Assembly (NCBI GenBank): GCA_977017575.1
Contig: CDRNVI010000187.1
Span: 49,704 to 113,703, forward strand
Direction of reading: 5' to 3'
DNA from: Paramoeba atlantica
Lineage: Eukaryota; Protista; Discosea
DNA: 64,000 bases
Each line of letters starts with the position of its first letter. Within the stretch, counting starts at the first letter, position 1. Position numbers and translations under genes: made by a program. Shown here in pieces: positions 60,134 through 64,000 of this stretch. The notes under the pieces are model-generated. The model saw only the letters and a list, made by a program, of their open reading frames with translations, was not told where the DNA came from and did no database searches.

Positions 60134-62762
60134 CTAGAAAGGATAATTGATACCTATATTAAATACGGCATTTCGCAGGTTGTAGCCCCTAAACCAACGT
60201 TTAGACCATTCTTCTGCCGGATTGTAGGTTTTAAAGCCAACATCCAACCTAAAGACAAAGTAGGTGAAATCGTAACGTAGTCCCAATCCAGTCCCTAAGG
60301 CAATGTCCGCCAAGGAGGTAATGTCAGTGAAAATTGCATCAGGATTATCCTCATTATCAAAAACATTCCAAATGTTTCCTGCATCTGCAAACAATGCCCC
60401 CTTTACATCACCGGCAATAGGAAACCGGTACTCCAGATTAAATGCCATTTTAAGATTGGCTTCGTTAAAGTCGTTAATGTTATCTGTGCTTCCAGGGCCA
60501 AGCTCGTAGGCATTCCATGCTCTATTGTCATTTGATCCCCCCGCAAAATAACTTCGAACAAAAGGAACGCTTTCAGAATTGCCATATGGAATGGCTAGGC
60601 CAAGGAAACTCCTAAAAGCCAATACCTGGGAACCAGAAAGCTCCCAATGCCTAATATAATCCACTTCAGACTTAAAATACTGTGAGAAAGGCACACCAAA
60701 CACCAATAATTGGTTGCTGTCATTTTTGTTATATGGAACTACACCATCCAACAAGGAAAGCAAATTTCCGGCACTTTCCAGTTTAAGCCTAAGTTGATAG
60801 AAATCATTGTCATTGATATCCACCCTGCTGTTTTTAGTGAGGGTATAATTACTGGCAAAGATGAGATTGTTCTCGGTAAGTCGTTGGCGCCGTTCATCTA
60901 TGCTGTTGACTTCGCTAAATTCCTCTGGAGTAACAGCAATATCATTGTTCAAAACCGCACGGGCAAAATTGTTGGCACCTGTTGGGATGGATAACCTAAA
61001 AGGATCGTTGGCATCATTCGAGTCTTCAAAGAAGGAGGCATACTGGGGATCTGTGTCGAATGTATCCGCTATGTCGTCTAAATTGTTGTAGGTGTTTTGG
61101 TAGACATTGTAAAAATTATCTGGATTAACGTTACGAACAAAACTCGATATTCATTAATTCGATATTATTCTTTAGGCTGGCAGATGGAGACCAGTTATAA
61201 GATAAAACGGTATTCAAGGTTTGCTTATCCAATCCAATATTTCTCTGAAAATTGGTACCTACTAAAAACCTACTTTGAGGTAGCATATAATGCGGGATAA
61301 TATTCTCGGTATTCAATGGAAACCATATCCTTGGAAAGGTTATATTCACATCACCTCCCAACTCGGAGGTGAACTCCCCATCTGAGAGAGATCCATCACT
61401 TAAAAGTCCAATAGACCCACGCGCCGAAATATTCAAGGTCTCCGCCCCACCAAAAACATTTCTTGTAATTACGGTTGCGCTAAAGGCGGTGCCCACTTGC
61501 TGAATGTTTGAATGGGTGACATCAAAGTCCAGATTTAGGGAGAATTTAGGCCGGGGAGCTAAATATATATTGGAGATTAATTGCGTTTGGGTGGAATCCG
61601 GTATAAATTCAATATTGGGATATTTGAAGGTGTTGAGATTGGTGATCTGTCTATAAGTACGAATTCTGTCCAGGTCACGGTAAACGCTATCCTGTTCAAA
61701 GAAAATAGCATCAGTTAATGCCTTTGGTTTATACTTTAGCTTGTTCTTGTAGTAAATGGTGTAATTTTCATAATCGATTGATTTTAAGGAGTCTGTTCTC
61801 CGACCAATGAGGTAATCGGCATAGATGTTAATTTTCTTTAACCGATGGATTCGATACGGACTGTTCGATGTGCTATCATTGATACTTCTGGGCTTTTGGA
61901 TGTTCAATTGCACATCCATCATTTGGTCATTGGCTACCTGTGAAGTATCCCTAAGAATATCATAATTGATAGAACTCTCCTGAAAATTATATACTCCGGA
62001 ATTTCTAAAAAGTATGGTCAAGCGTTCGCGTTCGCTATTGAAATTGGATAGGTCAAATTGATCACCATTTATTACAAACGAGTTTTCAAAGGAATTATCG
62101 TAAATGGAATCCAACTCCGGTGAGGATATGTTTTTGACAATGGTGTCAATGAGAAAGGGCTTCTCTAAATTAACCTTGTACTCAATCTCCGCCCTTTTTT
62201 TGCGTTTGCCCTTAACAATGGAATAGCTACCCGAGCTGTTGAAATACCCTTTACTATTATAATAGGCTTTGAGTCGGTCCACCGATTTCTGGGTCAGTGC
62301 AGTGTCAATAACGGAAGGTGCTTCACCAATTCTCTTAAAAAAATCACTGGCACCTTTCACTACAAAGGACTCCCTTAACCGGTTCACTTGTTTTTTGGAA
62401 AGTAGGTTATTGAGTCTTTTTTCTCGCTTTTCTTTTCGCTGTAGCCAATTTGCAAAAGAGGAATCTGGATTGTCCTTGGCTAGGTTATACAAATTTAAAC
62501 GGAGTGGATAGCCCAACAAGCTGCTATTGGGTTTTTGGGCAATAAGGCTTCGGACAGCTTCATCCGAAATCTTTTCGTCATCTGCGTAAATGGAATTTTT
62601 GGTCAGTAGAAATTCGTGGTCTTCAACCTTTTTTAGCGTATTGCAACCTGCCATGGTCAACATAAGCAACAATAATCCTATTTTTGCCCAGCAATGCATT
62701 AGACCAAAAAAACCCTTCATAGACGCCAAAAATACACGATTTAGATGGTTACCAAAAACCAA
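60134..62762 (-). CDS. Omp85/BamA-TamA family outer-membrane lipoprotein (TamL-like), split by a 1-nt homopolymer frameshift at ~61140
   Basis: Lipobox MAGC, POTRA-like N-terminal region, YFAGGSNDNRAW, C-terminal ...FNIGINYPF; removing one T from GAGTTTTGTTCG restores EFVRNVNPDNFYNVY. Confidence 0.9.
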
Positions 62763-63467
62763 ATTAAGCTAGTTACCAGCTTACAGCAAAAAAAGTACCG
62801 AAGTCAACACAGGCTATTTTTGGTTGAAGGAAAAAAGACGGTTCACGAGCTTTTGCAGGCCGGACTTTCACTTTATGCCCTGTTTGTTGATGAGCCAAGT
62901 AAGTTAAAAGATTTTGAAGGTGCCGAACTTGTTTCCACTGGCGATTTAAAACAAATGAGCGGACAGACAGCTCCCAGCGGGATTTTAGGAGTTTTTCATA
63001 TACCCAAAACCAAAGAATTGGATGAAACAGGTTGGACAGTGGCCTTGGATGCTGTTAGGGACCCAGGTAATTTGGGTACAATAATTCGGTTATGTGATTG
63101 GTTTGGTGTCAAACAACTTATTTGCTCCACGGATACTGTGGATTGCTACAACCCCAAAGTTTTACAGGCCACTATGGGTTCCATAGCTAGGGTTCATATT
63201 AATTATATTGATTTACAGGATTATCTAAAAAAAACGAACCAGGCTATTTATGGGACATATATGGATGGAGAGATAGTTTATAATCAGAAGCTGCCGGAAA
63301 AAGGAATTTTGGTCATGGGTAATGAGGCTAATGGAATTTCAAAAGAAATCTCCTCCTTTGTGACCCAAAGAATCGCGATTCCACAATTTGGAGGTCAAAC
63401 TGCCGAGAGTTTGAACGTTGCAACCGCCACTGCCATACTTTTGAGCGAGATTGTGCGGGAAACCTAG
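62745..63467 (+). CDS. TrmH/SpoU family RNA methyltransferase
   Basis: FLVEGKK, DAVRDPGNLGTIIRLCDWFG, VMGNEANGIS and ESLNVATA SPOUT motifs. Confidence 0.95.
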   Translation: MVTKNQIKLVTSLQQKKYRSQHRLFLVEGKKTVHELLQAGLSLYALFVDEPSKLKDFEGAELVSTGDLKQMSGQTAPSGILGVFHIPKTKELDETGWTVALDAVRDPGNLGTIIRLCDWFGVKQLICSTDTVDCYNPKVLQATMGSIARVHINYIDLQDYLKKTNQAIYGTYMDGEIVYNQKLPEKGILVMGNEANGISKEISSFVTQRIAIPQFGGQTAESLNVATATAILLSEIVRET

Positions 63468-63525
63468 ATTTTCTAACTTTTGCTAATTACCCCATTTGTG
63501 AATCTAAAAGTGAGGTACCCAAGAA

Positions 63526-64000
63526 CTACTCAAAAGTAAAGTTGATAAAGAATCCTCGGGTGCGCATGGCGTTGATGTTTCCTGTCCAGGGACTATTCGG
63601 GTCGTTATCAGGAACAAGTTCATCAGTAAGGGCAAAAACCCCACGTATGGAAGGAGAAAACTTAAAGTATTCTGTATAGATATCTATTCCAAATCCCAGT
63701 TCATAGCCGTAAACGCTCTTTTTCATTCTAAACTCCCCACTACTGTTATCATCCAGACTATCTTCTTTGCTTCCCAAATTCATAGAGGTGTAAACCCCTC
63801 CAACAACATAAGGTTTCCAGTTACCAAACCTTTTAGCACTTACTTTGAGTAATAGAGGAAATCGGATATAAGTAGACCTAATGTCCCTAAGTGCGTCTGC
63901 CTCACTGGAAAACCCCGGGAATCCTAAAATTCTTTGTGAATACAGCAGGCCGGGTTCAAAACGGACATCCAAAAACTCATTGATACGCAACTCCCCAATC
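63526..64000 (-). CDS. porT: Type IX secretion outer-membrane beta-barrel PorT, 5' part outside the window
   Basis: FEPGLLYSQRILGF...IRSTYIRFPLLLKVSAKR...YFKFSPSIRG...GFFINFTFE; the porT-TrmH-tamL-fbaA-accD order is typical of Flavobacteriaceae. Confidence 0.85.
   Translation of the reverse strand, partial: IGELRINEFLDVRFEPGLLYSQRILGFPGFSSEADALRDIRSTYIRFPLLLKVSAKRFGNWKPYVVGGVYTSMNLGSKEDSLDDNSSGEFRMKKSVYGYELGFGIDIYTEYFKFSPSIRGVFALTDELVPDNDPNSPWTGNINAMRTRGFFINFTFE

Noticed and set aside
54592-64000. Telomerase healing of a linear bacterial or symbiont replicon
   Set aside because: The repeat polarity is wrong: the G-rich strand runs towards, not away from, the bacterial DNA.

Overview
This window is a composite of two genomes. 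Bases 1-54944 are the distal end of an AT-rich, intron-dense eukaryotic chromosome (protist-like; the host cannot be named from sequence alone). It runs as follows. (1) 1-17.2 kb is a gene-dense block: a 2H-phosphoesterase-vWA gene, a Tsg101/Vps23 gene that appears to run on into a beta-trefoil domain, a CAMK kinase, a TraB/TRABD gene, a 47-aa four-CxxC microprotein and two PLAC8 genes. (2) 18.4-24 kb is a graveyard of Copia and chromodomain-Gypsy LTR fragments. (3) 25.9-28 kb is a ~180-bp satellite. (4) 28-54.6 kb is a decayed subtelomere with a 2OG-Fe(II) oxygenase-like pseudogene and two ~6-kb duplicated blocks, each starting at a TTAGGGTTTAGG remnant next to the 3' end of a CRE-like non-LTR retrotransposon. 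(5) The arm ends in 50 perfect TTTAGGG telomere repeats. From ~54957 the sequence switches abruptly to a Flavobacteriaceae chromosome segment (truncated pnp, rpsO, lipoprotein, accD, fbaA, tamL-like, TrmH methyltransferase, porT), most likely an assembly or read chimera. The most interesting biological signals are a RIP-like, near-pure C>T/G>A hypermutation of repeats (not limited to CpG), an apparently telomere-anchored CRE-like retroelement, and a de novo telomere addition site visible by comparing the two duplicated blocks. Exon boundaries and counts were done by eye, so coordinates may be off by a few bases.
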